This document shows positions 19,609 to 28,900 of a stretch of DNA of 64,000 nucleotides, piece by piece. Made by a program: the position numbers and the translations under genes. Position 1 is the first letter of the stretch, and every line of letters begins with the position of its first letter. This stretch comes from a virus: positions 2,893 to 66,892 of the IMG/VR virus record IMGVR_UViG_3300030004_000003; one strand, given 5' to 3'. The notes beneath the pieces were generated by a model. It saw only the letters and a program-made list of their open reading frames with translations. It had not been told where the DNA came from and searched no databases.

Positions 19609-20580
19609 ATGAGTAATTTTTCAAAAAATGAATTAGCAGCGCGATTTCTCGAAGCCATGGTTTCCCGTCCAGGAAATAGGGAGCCGGGGTCAATACCCTC
19701 CTGGGTGGATCTGGCTTTTGAATATGCTGAGACGTTTCTGAAGAAAGCGGAAACGGGAGAGGCGACGAAAATCGACGCACGCTCGGTAAGTGGCGGCAGC
19801 ACTGGGTTTATCGGAAACCTTAACAATCCTCTCTATGTCCATCCGTTGCATCAAGACAGCCATAAGCCCGTCGAGCATAAGGTTCATGTTTGGGATGGAG
19901 GGAAGTATGTCCAGGTGTGGCCTCCGCAGCCCGTGGAAAAAGCAATGGAGGGAGAGGGTCTCGCGCAGAGACGCCAAGCCGCAGAGACTGCTGATCAGAA
20001 GTGCGGCGAGGCGTTAAAGCGCGGTCTGGTTCGTCAAAAGGTCGGGGAGATCATCAAGATAGATGCTGATCACCCTGAGATTTACTGTTTCCCCTTTGGG
20101 GAGATTGCGGATTTGAAGGAGATCGCTCGGGATCTGGCCGTCGCCCTCTCTGCTCTCAAGATGAGCAAGGGTCAGCCTCTCGGGGTGATTGCCGAGGCTG
20201 TGGATGACGCCCTCAATGCTTATGATGAGTGGAGTGAGAAGAGGGATGAGGATGTGGTCAAGGTTGCTGACAAGATCGTTGGGGAAACCGCCTTCAATCC
20301 TAATCCAGAAAACTGGGTCAAGGCACCCATTATCATCCCTGGTGATCTTTCCCGTAGCGGGCAAGACGAGATTGTCGGTCAAATTTTGTGCAAGTCGGTC
20401 GTTGCCGGGATGCTTGCTAATGGGATCAAGGCTCTCTCGCTGACTGTCCGATCCAAACCTGAGGGCAGCGAGCTTGTTAGTGCCTATCTGGTTTCTTCCG
20501 CGCCCCCAGCATGCCCTGGCGTCCCCGTCTCTCTGTCATCAGAAAATGAATCTCTTCACTCGGAGGGGCCCGTATCATGA
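19609..20580 (+). CDS. Hypothetical mosaic phage protein
   Basis: 323-aa ORF after an A-rich leader. Confidence 0.55.
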   Translation: MSNFSKNELAARFLEAMVSRPGNREPGSIPSWVDLAFEYAETFLKKAETGEATKIDARSVSGGSTGFIGNLNNPLYVHPLHQDSHKPVEHKVHVWDGGKYVQVWPPQPVEKAMEGEGLAQRRQAAETADQKCGEALKRGLVRQKVGEIIKIDADHPEIYCFPFGEIADLKEIARDLAVALSALKMSKGQPLGVIAEAVDDALNAYDEWSEKRDEDVVKVADKIVGETAFNPNPENWVKAPIIIPGDLSRSGQDEIVGQILCKSVVAGMLANGIKALSLTVRSKPEGSELVSAYLVSSAPPACPGVPVSLSSENESLHSEGPVS

Positions 20581-20936
20581 GCGCTCCATTCGTTGTTGCG
20601 CCGGACATGAAATCCCATGTTCGGGATACCGATCCAGCGACTTCCCGAGCCGCTGCCAAGCTTCCCAGAAATACGATCCGATGGGGATCTCAGAGGCATT
20701 CCCTCCTGATCGCCTTTGGTTCCTCTACTGACATGACGGATGAGGAGGCCGGGAAGATGGCTGGGCTCTATGAGGTTCATAGCTGCTACTGGAAGCGCTG
20801 CGGGGAGCTTCGGCAGCTTGGATTGATCGAGGATACCGGCACTGTCCGAAAATCATCCTGTGGCTGCGATGTCATCGTCTCCCGCATTACCAAGCCGGGC
20901 AGGAAGTTTCTCTTTGAACTAGCAACAGGGAAATAA
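20577..20936 (+). CDS. Winged-HTH phage protein
   Basis: RDTDPATSRAAA..MTDEEA..WKRCGELRQLGLIEDTG pattern. Confidence 0.6.
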   Translation: MSAPFVVAPDMKSHVRDTDPATSRAAAKLPRNTIRWGSQRHSLLIAFGSSTDMTDEEAGKMAGLYEVHSCYWKRCGELRQLGLIEDTGTVRKSSCGCDVIVSRITKPGRKFLFELATGK

Positions 20937-20978
20937 CCTGCCGCCCTTAATAAAACTAACAATCAAAAAACTTATAAA

Positions 20979-22619
20979 ATGAAAAACAAAAACAATTCCG
21001 AAAAAAACAAATTAACAATAGTGAAGGGAAACCTGTTAACTATCGAGCGCGGTATCCTTGTCCATCAAGTGAATACGCTTGGTGTCATGGGGGGCGGTAT
21101 CGCTCTCCAGATCCGGGAAAAGTGGCCGATCCTTTTTGAGCGATACGCCGCGAAATGCAAAAAAGGAGAGTTGAAGCTTGGTCAGGTTGATGTCTTTGAG
21201 ATCTCGCCAGATCTTTACGTGGTCAATCTTGCTGGGCAGGAATCAACATCTTCACCCGACGGGGTGGACACAAATTATGCCTCCTATGAGGAGTCTCTTC
21301 CTGTGGTGCGGGCGCTGGGTGAGGAGAAGGGTCTCCCTGTCTATTTTCCGCATGGTATCGGCTGTGGGCTCGCGGGTGGGGATTGGAGTGTTATGGAGCC
21401 TCTTCTCCATAAACATATCCCAGAAGCCACCCTCGTGCAATACACGCCGCCTCCCGTGTTCACGGATCCAGTGCTTGTGCTCCGTACTTGTGACAAAGAC
21501 TTTAAGTCCTACGGTGGTTTTCAGTGGCCGCGCGAAGGATATGTGGAGGCACCTGACTTCCGTAACAACACAGAATGCGGTCATGGGCTTCATGGGTTGC
21601 TCGACGGTTGGGGTAATCTAGATCTCCTGGATTGGGGTATCGATGCTGTCGCTATGGTAGTGGAAACTGATCGCTCCCTTATCATTGACCTTGGGGACAA
21701 GGTTAAATTTCCATGCGGCTACGTTAAAAAAACTGGCACTCTCGCTGCCCTGATTGGCGAATTTAGGTGCGATGCCGCGAAGATAAAAAAAGAAGTTGAG
21801 GATCTGGAGAAAACCGTTGGTACTGCATCGCACCTAAATTCGCAAAGTGCCTCCGGCGATGACAGCCAACTTTCGGCCTCCGGGTGGAACAGCCAACTTT
21901 CGGCCTCCGGGTGGAACAGCCAACTTTCGGCCTCCGGCGATGACAGCCAACTTTCGGCCTCCGGCGATGACAGCCAACTTTCGGCCTCCGGGTGGAACAG
22001 CCAACTTTCGGCCTCCGGAAATCGCAGCCAACTTTCGGCCTCCGGCGATGACAGCAAACTTTCGGCCTCCGGCGATGACAGCAAACTTTCGGCCTCCGGC
22101 GATGACAGCCAACTTTCGGCCTCCGGGTGGAACAGCCAACTTTCGGCCTCCGGAAATCGCAGCCAACTTTCGGCCTCCGGAAATCGCAGCAAACTTTCGG
22201 CCTCCGGCGATGACAGCCAACTTTCGGCCTCCGGCGATGACAGCCAACTTTCGGCCTCCGGCGATGACAGCCAACTTTCGGCCTCCGGGTGGAACAGCCA
22301 ACTTTCGGCCTCCGGAAATCGCAGCAAACTTTCGGCCTCCGGAAATCGCAGCAAACTTTCGGCCTCCGGCGATGACAGCCAACTTTCGGCCTCCGGGTGG
22401 AACAGCCAACTTTCGGCCTCCGGAAAATCATCTTTGGTGGTGGGTGCCTCGATTGGATGTGTCGTTAGCGCTGGTGAAAATGGAGCCTTGGTACTATCGC
22501 GCTGGGTTGAGGGCGAGAAACGCTATCGCGTCACGGTGGCCTATGTAGGAGAAAACGGCATCAAGGCTGATACGAACTATCGCCTCAATGAGGCTGGTGA
22601 ATTTGAGGAGGTGGCGTAA
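20979..22619 (+). CDS. Macrodomain (Poa1p/TARG1/DarG-like) fused to a 9-aa repeat protein
   Basis: KGNLL..ILVHQVNTLGVMGGGIALQIREKWP..FPHGIGCGLAGGDW, then CGHGLHG domain and SASGxxSxL repeats. Confidence 0.8.
   Translation: MKNKNNSEKNKLTIVKGNLLTIERGILVHQVNTLGVMGGGIALQIREKWPILFERYAAKCKKGELKLGQVDVFEISPDLYVVNLAGQESTSSPDGVDTNYASYEESLPVVRALGEEKGLPVYFPHGIGCGLAGGDWSVMEPLLHKHIPEATLVQYTPPPVFTDPVLVLRTCDKDFKSYGGFQWPREGYVEAPDFRNNTECGHGLHGLLDGWGNLDLLDWGIDAVAMVVETDRSLIIDLGDKVKFPCGYVKKTGTLAALIGEFRCDAAKIKKEVEDLEKTVGTASHLNSQSASGDDSQLSASGWNSQLSASGWNSQLSASGDDSQLSASGDDSQLSASGWNSQLSASGNRSQLSASGDDSKLSASGDDSKLSASGDDSQLSASGWNSQLSASGNRSQLSASGNRSKLSASGDDSQLSASGDDSQLSASGDDSQLSASGWNSQLSASGNRSKLSASGNRSKLSASGDDSQLSASGWNSQLSASGKSSLVVGASIGCVVSAGENGALVLSRWVEGEKRYRVTVAYVGENGIKADTNYRLNEAGEFEEVA
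21846..22424 (+). repeat. 27-bp coding tandem repeat, 21 units plus a partial unit
   Basis: TCGGCCTCCGG-(CGATGAC/GTGGAAC/AAATCGC)-AGC(C/A)AACTT units read directly. Confidence 0.97.
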
Positions 22620-24553
22620 TGGGACTCCTCAAAAAAGTTACAGATGAGAGAGATGCTCTCCTGGCTGAAAACCGTCGCCTACGGAGGGAGGCGGAGCTCC
22701 ATCTTGCTGATCCTGATCAGAAATCTCTGAGCCGATTGAAGCGTGCTCTGGAAATACCAGCACCATCACATCTCTTCGTTGCCCGCAAGAAACCAACCTT
22801 TGCTAAGAAATGAGCGCTACTGACGAAGTAAAAGGTGAAAAAGTGGGAAGGTGCGAAGGAGCCGATACGGAGGCGCTGACTTATGGAGCCGCCATTGAGG
22901 CCCTGAAAACGACCTCTCATGCGGATCGAATCCGATATGAACAGGCTATTCTCAGTAAGATCAATGCGCTTGCTGGGAGCATCACCGGCATGGATCGGCT
23001 GCCTGAAAAGGTCACGAGGTATGAACAGTGCGCCGCGCGTCTCGCTCAGGATCAGTTTCTGGATCGGGATCCCCTCAACAATGCCTCCAAGATCGCCGCA
23101 CATTATTTGCGACTGAGTGGGCTGGCATTTAATTTGGCGTCGCTGGTGGAGATTTTTCGGTACTCGGAGTTACCCCTTACCGAGGATCAGTATGGTCTGA
23201 TCGAATATCTCGTCCGTGAGATCCAGCGGGGACAACTCGCTGATTTTGGCCGAGTGACTTTCTTTATGAAGAAGGAGGAGGGGAGATGAGCGGCTGCACG
23301 CATGATGCTTATCTTTCCCGCTACGCCGCCAAACATGCGGCTCGGCTGCGGCATGAGGAGTCAGGGATTCTCCGCTGCCCAGAGTGCGGACAGTGGAGGG
23401 TGCTGGCCGGTGAGGAGCTGGCCAAGGCCATCGAGGCTGCTGAGGGGCAGTTCTCGCGCAAAGACGCCAAGACGCAGAGAGGGGAGGAGGCTCATCATGA
23501 ATAACCTTTCATTACACGGGTTGAAATTTGTTTTTGGGATGCCTGCTGAAGTAAAGGAGATCCGAAATCTTCCGTATCCGCAGCATCGGTTTCTCTTCTC
23601 ACCGACGGAGTTTGCCCGTGTAGCCATCCGGCACAAAGGGCATGGCATGGCGGTCTTTCATCTGCTCGATCATGGGGATCACTACACGATCTGGACTTCG
23701 GGGGAACTGGTAGGAAATTTCCGTCTTCATGGATCGCTGACGGCGCGGGTGCGTGCTGGGCAAGTGGTAGAGAGGGGAGTTCTCGCGCAAAGACGCAAAG
23801 ACGCAGAGGGAGAAAAAAAGGGCGGATCGGAAGACGGAGGGCAGAGGTCAATCGTTATCTGCAAGCATAGCACGACCGGTAAGTCGTGGCTGGCTTACCA
23901 AACCCCTGGAAGCCAAGCACCGATTGAAACTCATCCCGACATTGATCGGATCACCGCTCGGTATGGATCACATAAAACAATCAACACTGGAGGAATGAAA
24001 TCATGAAGGCGCTGCTCACTCGGATTCGCTATCGGTTGCGGTATTACTGGCGGCTTTTGCTTCAGCAGTATCTGAGGATCTGCCCTGATTGCTTCGACCG
24101 TCTCAATGTCACTTGGGCGGGTAAGGTTCACTGTCCTAACTGCGGGAGGGTTGTATGAGCGAGGATGCTGCCAAGTCGAAGGTCGAGGGTCGAAGGCTTA
24201 ATGCTGAAACCCTCAAAGCGCAGCAAGCGGCCCGGTGGCGCACACGGCTGGTCACGGCTCGGGATTACTGGGCTGTCCGGGCTCCGGAGGATATTCCCTC
24301 ATGGTTTGAGCCTGTGATGGAGACTGAGCGTCCTGAAGAAAAGAGTGGTTTTAGGCACTCTGTTACAGGGGAATATCGCGCGGTTATTTACGACAATGAG
24401 TTTGAGTCCATGACGGAAGAGGAATCGAACTGCTGGGATAGTATTCCTATGTTGATACTGGAATGGGGCAGGAAGCGGCGTGAGGCGCTGCTGTCTCAAT
24501 GGCCGTGGGCTTGGGCTGATCTGATGCTGAAGGCAGGGGAGGTTGTGCGATGA
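22619..24553 (+). CDS. Coupled small hypothetical ORFs (22619-22813, 22810-23289, 23286-23504, 23497-24006, 24003-24158, 24155-24553)
   Basis: Start/stop overlaps, SD-like motifs, CxxC motifs in two ORFs. Confidence 0.55.
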
Positions 24554-25419
24554 ATAAGGAGCGGCCTATTCTTTTCTCGGGCGATATGGTTCGCGCGCTC
24601 ATGGCTGGGCAAAAGACTCAGACGAGGGGGATTGTGAAGCCGCAGCCTCTTAATGAGCGCGTTGGAATGGTCAACATGAGTTATTGCGGAGACTCAAATA
24701 CATGGTGCGTTGGTGGCGCTGTTAGTGAATATACGGTTGCAAACCCTAGAAATCCACTCGCTCCAATGTTGCCGCCTAAATGGGCTTGCCCTTATGGCCG
24801 TCCAGGGGATCGGCTTTGGGTGAAGGAGACTTTTGCCTATGTGCGCTGCTCCTCGGACTACGAAACCGGGTCGGAGACTAATTATTGGGAGTGGGATAAA
24901 GAGTTTAATGGAGAAAAGCTCCCTGAAAATCTAAAGCTCAATCCTCGATATGGCAGTAATGCTGCGCATTTATGCTATCGGGCTGATGGAGAGGATGGAA
25001 ATCCGTCAGAATTGTACCCGATGACCGACCTGGCAGGGAAGGTGGTCGCGAAGCAGGAAATCCCCTGGTCTTCATCCCTCTTTATGTGGCGCTGGGCGTC
25101 AAGAATCACGCTGGATGTCTCCATGGTTCGTGTCGAACGGCTGAATGACATTAGCCGAGGTGATTGTATGGCCGAAGGATGCCCGTTTCCCAACATGGCG
25201 AAGGGGGCGGATCCCCGAGAATGGTATGCCAATCTCTGGGAATCCATCAATGGAAAGGGCTCTTGGGATCTGAATCCCTGGGTCTGGGTGATTCAATTTC
25301 CGCGCATGATGCAGCGGGTCTGCCTGGAGTGTGGGAGTAGTTATGTGGGGCGTGCCATGCCGATTGATCTCAATAAGGTGAAGCTCTGTCCTGCCTGCAA
25401 GGAAAGGAGGGTGGCATGA
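24550..25419 (+). CDS. ASCH/PUA-like phage protein with C-terminal Zn ribbon
   Basis: KERPILFSGDMVRALMAGQKTQTR..CPYG.PGDRLWVKET..WASRITL..RVERL..NPWVWV. Confidence 0.75.
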   Translation: MNKERPILFSGDMVRALMAGQKTQTRGIVKPQPLNERVGMVNMSYCGDSNTWCVGGAVSEYTVANPRNPLAPMLPPKWACPYGRPGDRLWVKETFAYVRCSSDYETGSETNYWEWDKEFNGEKLPENLKLNPRYGSNAAHLCYRADGEDGNPSELYPMTDLAGKVVAKQEIPWSSSLFMWRWASRITLDVSMVRVERLNDISRGDCMAEGCPFPNMAKGADPREWYANLWESINGKGSWDLNPWVWVIQFPRMMQRVCLECGSSYVGRAMPIDLNKVKLCPACKERRVA

Positions 25420-26170
25420 ATCTCCCGGTGCCTAATTCCCGAGTTCTCTTCATTGGGGGCGGCTCACATCTCGTGGAGGATAATGTTCCCGACGATGCGC
25501 GGTGGTGGAAGAGGATTGGCCTCCACTCCGCTCAGAATTTACCAGTAGCGGGAAGGCCTCAGCAGGAGGAGGCTCCTTTGCTGCCTGTGGATTGCTATCG
25601 CCTTGAGAGGACGCGTTTTCAGGTCGAGGATAAATACTCTTTCCGTGGTTATCGGTGGATCGAGATAGATTTTTTCTGCCTGGATTCTCTTGATCCTGAT
25701 GATGCGAGTGAGATCGTCGTTCGGTTTTATCGAGACAGGTTCTTTAGACAGGTGCTCTCGGAGGAGCTCTCAAAGGAAAGGGAGAAGGTTGCAGCGTTAA
25801 AGGTGTCTCTTCTTGCTGCCGAGAATTTTCTCGCTGCAATAAAACGCCGTGGTGTGGCCGGAGAATTCGGATGGCATGTTCTCCCTCGCGTGGATTTTCT
25901 CGCAACGCTGAAGGCGCTTGGTTTGTGCCAGAGGCCAGAGTTCGCCTATCAAGATTTCAAAGGTGAGAAGGAAGGAGGGGAGCTATGATCAAGGTTCTTT
26001 CAACAGGCGAATTTCAGGCAACGGATGGTTCTGTTCGCGCCCGGTTTGATTCGAAGCCAGCGGCTGTCCTCTGGCTCTATGGAACGATTGGCTTCGACAT
26101 CGCCTATCCTCATCTCCGGGGGAATTATCCGAATTGTGCTCCGATCTCCAAAAAAGGAGGTTCCCGATGA
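25416..26170 (+). CDS. Two hypothetical ORFs (25416-25988, 25985-26170)
   Basis: ATGA overlaps with SD. Confidence 0.5.
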
Positions 26171-27450
26171 TCTCGATTGCCGAAGCAAAGGCCGCCACTC
26201 CTCTTCGTGTTCTCATGGAACGGGATGGGATGGTCTTCCGAAATGTCGCTGGGCAACTGAAGGCGCATTGTGTCTTTCACGAGGAGAGCACTCCCTCGCT
26301 TGTGCTGCATGATGAGCCGGATGGTGGGTGGTTTAAGTGCTTCGGATGTGATGCCAAGGGCGATGCGATCAATTATCTGGAGCAGCGCCATGGGCTCTCC
26401 CGAAAGGAGGCGGTCGTGCGTCTCTCTGGTGGATCCCGAGGGGAGGTTTATGATCGGGCCAAGGCTCTCCCTGCCCCCAGCAAGCCAATCGAGCCGGAGA
26501 AGGTCATAGAGCCGCTGGATGCCGAGATGCTGGCCGACTGGGAAGCCTGCTGTGCTGATCTCTACACTGATCCCTCGGAGATCGCGCGCTGGGCCTCCTG
26601 GCGCGGTCTGCGTCCCGCTGTGATCGAGTGGGCGGCTCGCCAACTGCTCTGCGGGAAGGTGATCTATAATGGGCAGTATCGGGAGGCATTTGCCATCCGT
26701 CGGGCTGACTCCGCAATGCTCTCGGCTCATATCCGTCTCGCTCCGAATTCTCGGGGTAATGAGCATCCGAAAGCCTCCTGGCGCTATAAGCCTGCTGGGG
26801 TGGGGGCGTGGCCTTTTGCCGTGGTGCCTACCACGGGAATTGATTTTGTGAAGTATGTTTTTGTCTGTGAGGGGCAGTGGGATGCTCTCGCTCTCATTGA
26901 TGTGATGGGCTGGGAGGTCGGGATGCCTGATTCTGTCGCGGTCTTTGGGATGCGCGGAGCCACCTCCTTCAAGTCGCTCCTGGAGTATCGTTTCAGTGAT
27001 CGTGCGTCTTTCTTCCTGATCGCCGATCGGGATGCGGCCGGTGCGAAGTGGTTCTGTAACAGGTCGTCGAGTGGCGATGCCATTGAGGATTCCTTCTCGA
27101 TGCGCCTGGAGGCTCTTGGGTTCCGTGTCTGGTCGTTCTGGCCCACGAAAGCCAAGGATCTCAATGATGCCGTCAAGGTGATGGATGAGGCCGCCAGGGA
27201 TGCCTTCCGTGATCTGCTGCGATCGAAGATCCCGACCAAGCAGCGCCCTGCCCGACCTACTTTCCGCCAGTGGCTCGCTCATCAGAAGAATCGTCCTGAT
27301 GAGGTTGGGGCACTGGGTCTCAAGATTGTGAAGGGAGGCAAGTATCCCCCTGCTCGCGCTCCGCTCTGGAAGTGGCGCACTTATGCCCGTGAGGTCGGCT
27401 GGGATCTCAACCACCTGCAATCCGCCTGGGAGGAATGGGAGAAGCTCTAA
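26167..27450 (+). CDS. DnaG-type primase (CHC2 zinc finger + Toprim)
   Basis: CVFHEESTPS..FKCFGC; VCEGQWDAL; IADRDAAG; KDLND. Confidence 0.85.
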   Translation: MISIAEAKAATPLRVLMERDGMVFRNVAGQLKAHCVFHEESTPSLVLHDEPDGGWFKCFGCDAKGDAINYLEQRHGLSRKEAVVRLSGGSRGEVYDRAKALPAPSKPIEPEKVIEPLDAEMLADWEACCADLYTDPSEIARWASWRGLRPAVIEWAARQLLCGKVIYNGQYREAFAIRRADSAMLSAHIRLAPNSRGNEHPKASWRYKPAGVGAWPFAVVPTTGIDFVKYVFVCEGQWDALALIDVMGWEVGMPDSVAVFGMRGATSFKSLLEYRFSDRASFFLIADRDAAGAKWFCNRSSSGDAIEDSFSMRLEALGFRVWSFWPTKAKDLNDAVKVMDEAARDAFRDLLRSKIPTKQRPARPTFRQWLAHQKNRPDEVGALGLKIVKGGKYPPARAPLWKWRTYAREVGWDLNHLQSAWEEWEKL

Positions 27451-27474
27451 TCACAGATCTAATCACTAAAATTT

Positions 27475-28365
27475 ATGAAGGAACATTACATCTCTAAAAA
27501 ATTCGGATCTCCAGCACTGGATCTCATCGAGACTATCAATGAGATTCTCGATGATTACCGCGAGCAGGGATATGACCTGTCGCTGCGTCAGCTCTACTAT
27601 CAGCTTGTCAGTAAGAACATCGTTCCTAATACGGAGCGGAGTTATAAAAATGTCGGTTCCCTGGTCGCCGATGCCCGTCTCGCTGGGATGATCGACTGGA
27701 ATATGATCAAGGATCGCGGCAGGGAGACGATCGGCAACTCTCACTGGAATAGCCCTAAAGAGATCCTGGAGTCGGCGGCTTATGGCTTCCGTCTCGATCG
27801 ATGGGATAATCAACCCAACTATGTCGAGGTGATGGTAGAGAAGCAGGCCCTGGAGGGCGTCCTCCTTCCTGTCTGCGAGAAGATGGATGTGCGCTTCACG
27901 GCCAACAAGGGATACTCCTCTGCCTCGGCTCTCTACGAGACGGCAAACCGGTTCCTGGATCATCTCGGGGAGGGGCGAGGTCTCCATATTATTTATCTCG
28001 GGGATCATGATCCCTCCGGCATCGATATGACGCGCGACATCGAGGATCGGATGGCCCTCTTCCTCCGGGATGACGCTCACCACCTCTCCGTCCACCGAAT
28101 CGCCCTGAATATGGATCAGGTGCGGAAGTTCAAACCGCCCGAGAATCCGGCCAAGACCACGGACTCGCGCGCGGAGAATTATATTCAGAAGTTTGGTCGA
28201 TCAAGCTGGGAGCTCGACGCTCTGGAGCCGAGCGTGCTGGCTCGTCTTGTCGAGGGAGCGATCGAGAATCTAATTGATGATGTTGCCTGGGAAGTAATGG
28301 TCGACAAGGAAGATGGATATAAGGGCGATCTGAGGATCATGGCCTCCAGGTACGCCGATGAGTGA
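27475..28365 (+). CDS. HTH + Toprim protein (topoisomerase VI-A/DUF2399-like)
   Basis: LSLRQLYYQL, VEVMVEK, YLGDHDPSG, WELDAL. Confidence 0.75.
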   Translation: MKEHYISKKFGSPALDLIETINEILDDYREQGYDLSLRQLYYQLVSKNIVPNTERSYKNVGSLVADARLAGMIDWNMIKDRGRETIGNSHWNSPKEILESAAYGFRLDRWDNQPNYVEVMVEKQALEGVLLPVCEKMDVRFTANKGYSSASALYETANRFLDHLGEGRGLHIIYLGDHDPSGIDMTRDIEDRMALFLRDDAHHLSVHRIALNMDQVRKFKPPENPAKTTDSRAENYIQKFGRSSWELDALEPSVLARLVEGAIENLIDDVAWEVMVDKEDGYKGDLRIMASRYADE

Positions 28366-28900
28366 AGCCAACGCTGCTTCTGTGCCCAATGATCACCATC
28401 CTTCCACTCCTGAAGGGCTCTCCGGCCCTGAGTCCGGTCTTAATCAGGTGCTCTCAGGCAAGCTTGGGAAGCGCTATGGCGCTCTCCCTGTCGTCGCTCA
28501 ACCGCAGGAAAATGAACTGCTCATAGGATTTATCGTGACTCTCGCCTTCCATCTCAAAGGAAAAGGTCTCTATCGCCGCGATCGCGTGATCATGGTGCCG
28601 GATCTGGAGGCCAAGCGTCTCCTGCCAATGACCGCAAAGTGGTTCTGCTCGTGGTCACAACGGCATGTCGTGACCTCCAAGGAGAAGAAGACGCGTGATG
28701 GCGATGTCTATGAGGTGATGAAGGATATGCCTACCGAAGCCGCCGAAAAGGTGCTGGAGAGTCATGAGTTCATCGTTCCTATCCCACGGATCGACGAGGT
28801 GCATGGCGTCCCTCTTCCCAAGCTCGTGGAGGGCTCTCCAGTCGTGCTGATGACGGAGGGGTACGACGAGGAGCTTCGGGTCTGGAGTTTTAATTTATGA
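28358..28900 (+). CDS. Probable N-terminal half of a split phage replicative helicase
   Basis: Ends with VHGVPLP..LMTEGYDEE, the segment that normally precedes LL.EFPFAD in this family (recognised from memory). Confidence 0.55.
   Translation: MSEANAASVPNDHHPSTPEGLSGPESGLNQVLSGKLGKRYGALPVVAQPQENELLIGFIVTLAFHLKGKGLYRRDRVIMVPDLEAKRLLPMTAKWFCSWSQRHVVTSKEKKTRDGDVYEVMKDMPTEAAEKVLESHEFIVPIPRIDEVHGVPLPKLVEGSPVVLMTEGYDEELRVWSFNL

Noticed and set aside
21846-22424. Possible CRISPR array
   Set aside because: Variable parts are only three recurring 7-nt words, the period is 27 bp in frame within a CDS, and no cas genes are present
21719-22548. Alternative-frame repeat ORFs (RRPKVG, PPGGRK, ANFRPP)
   Set aside because: By-products of a stop-free 27-bp repeat
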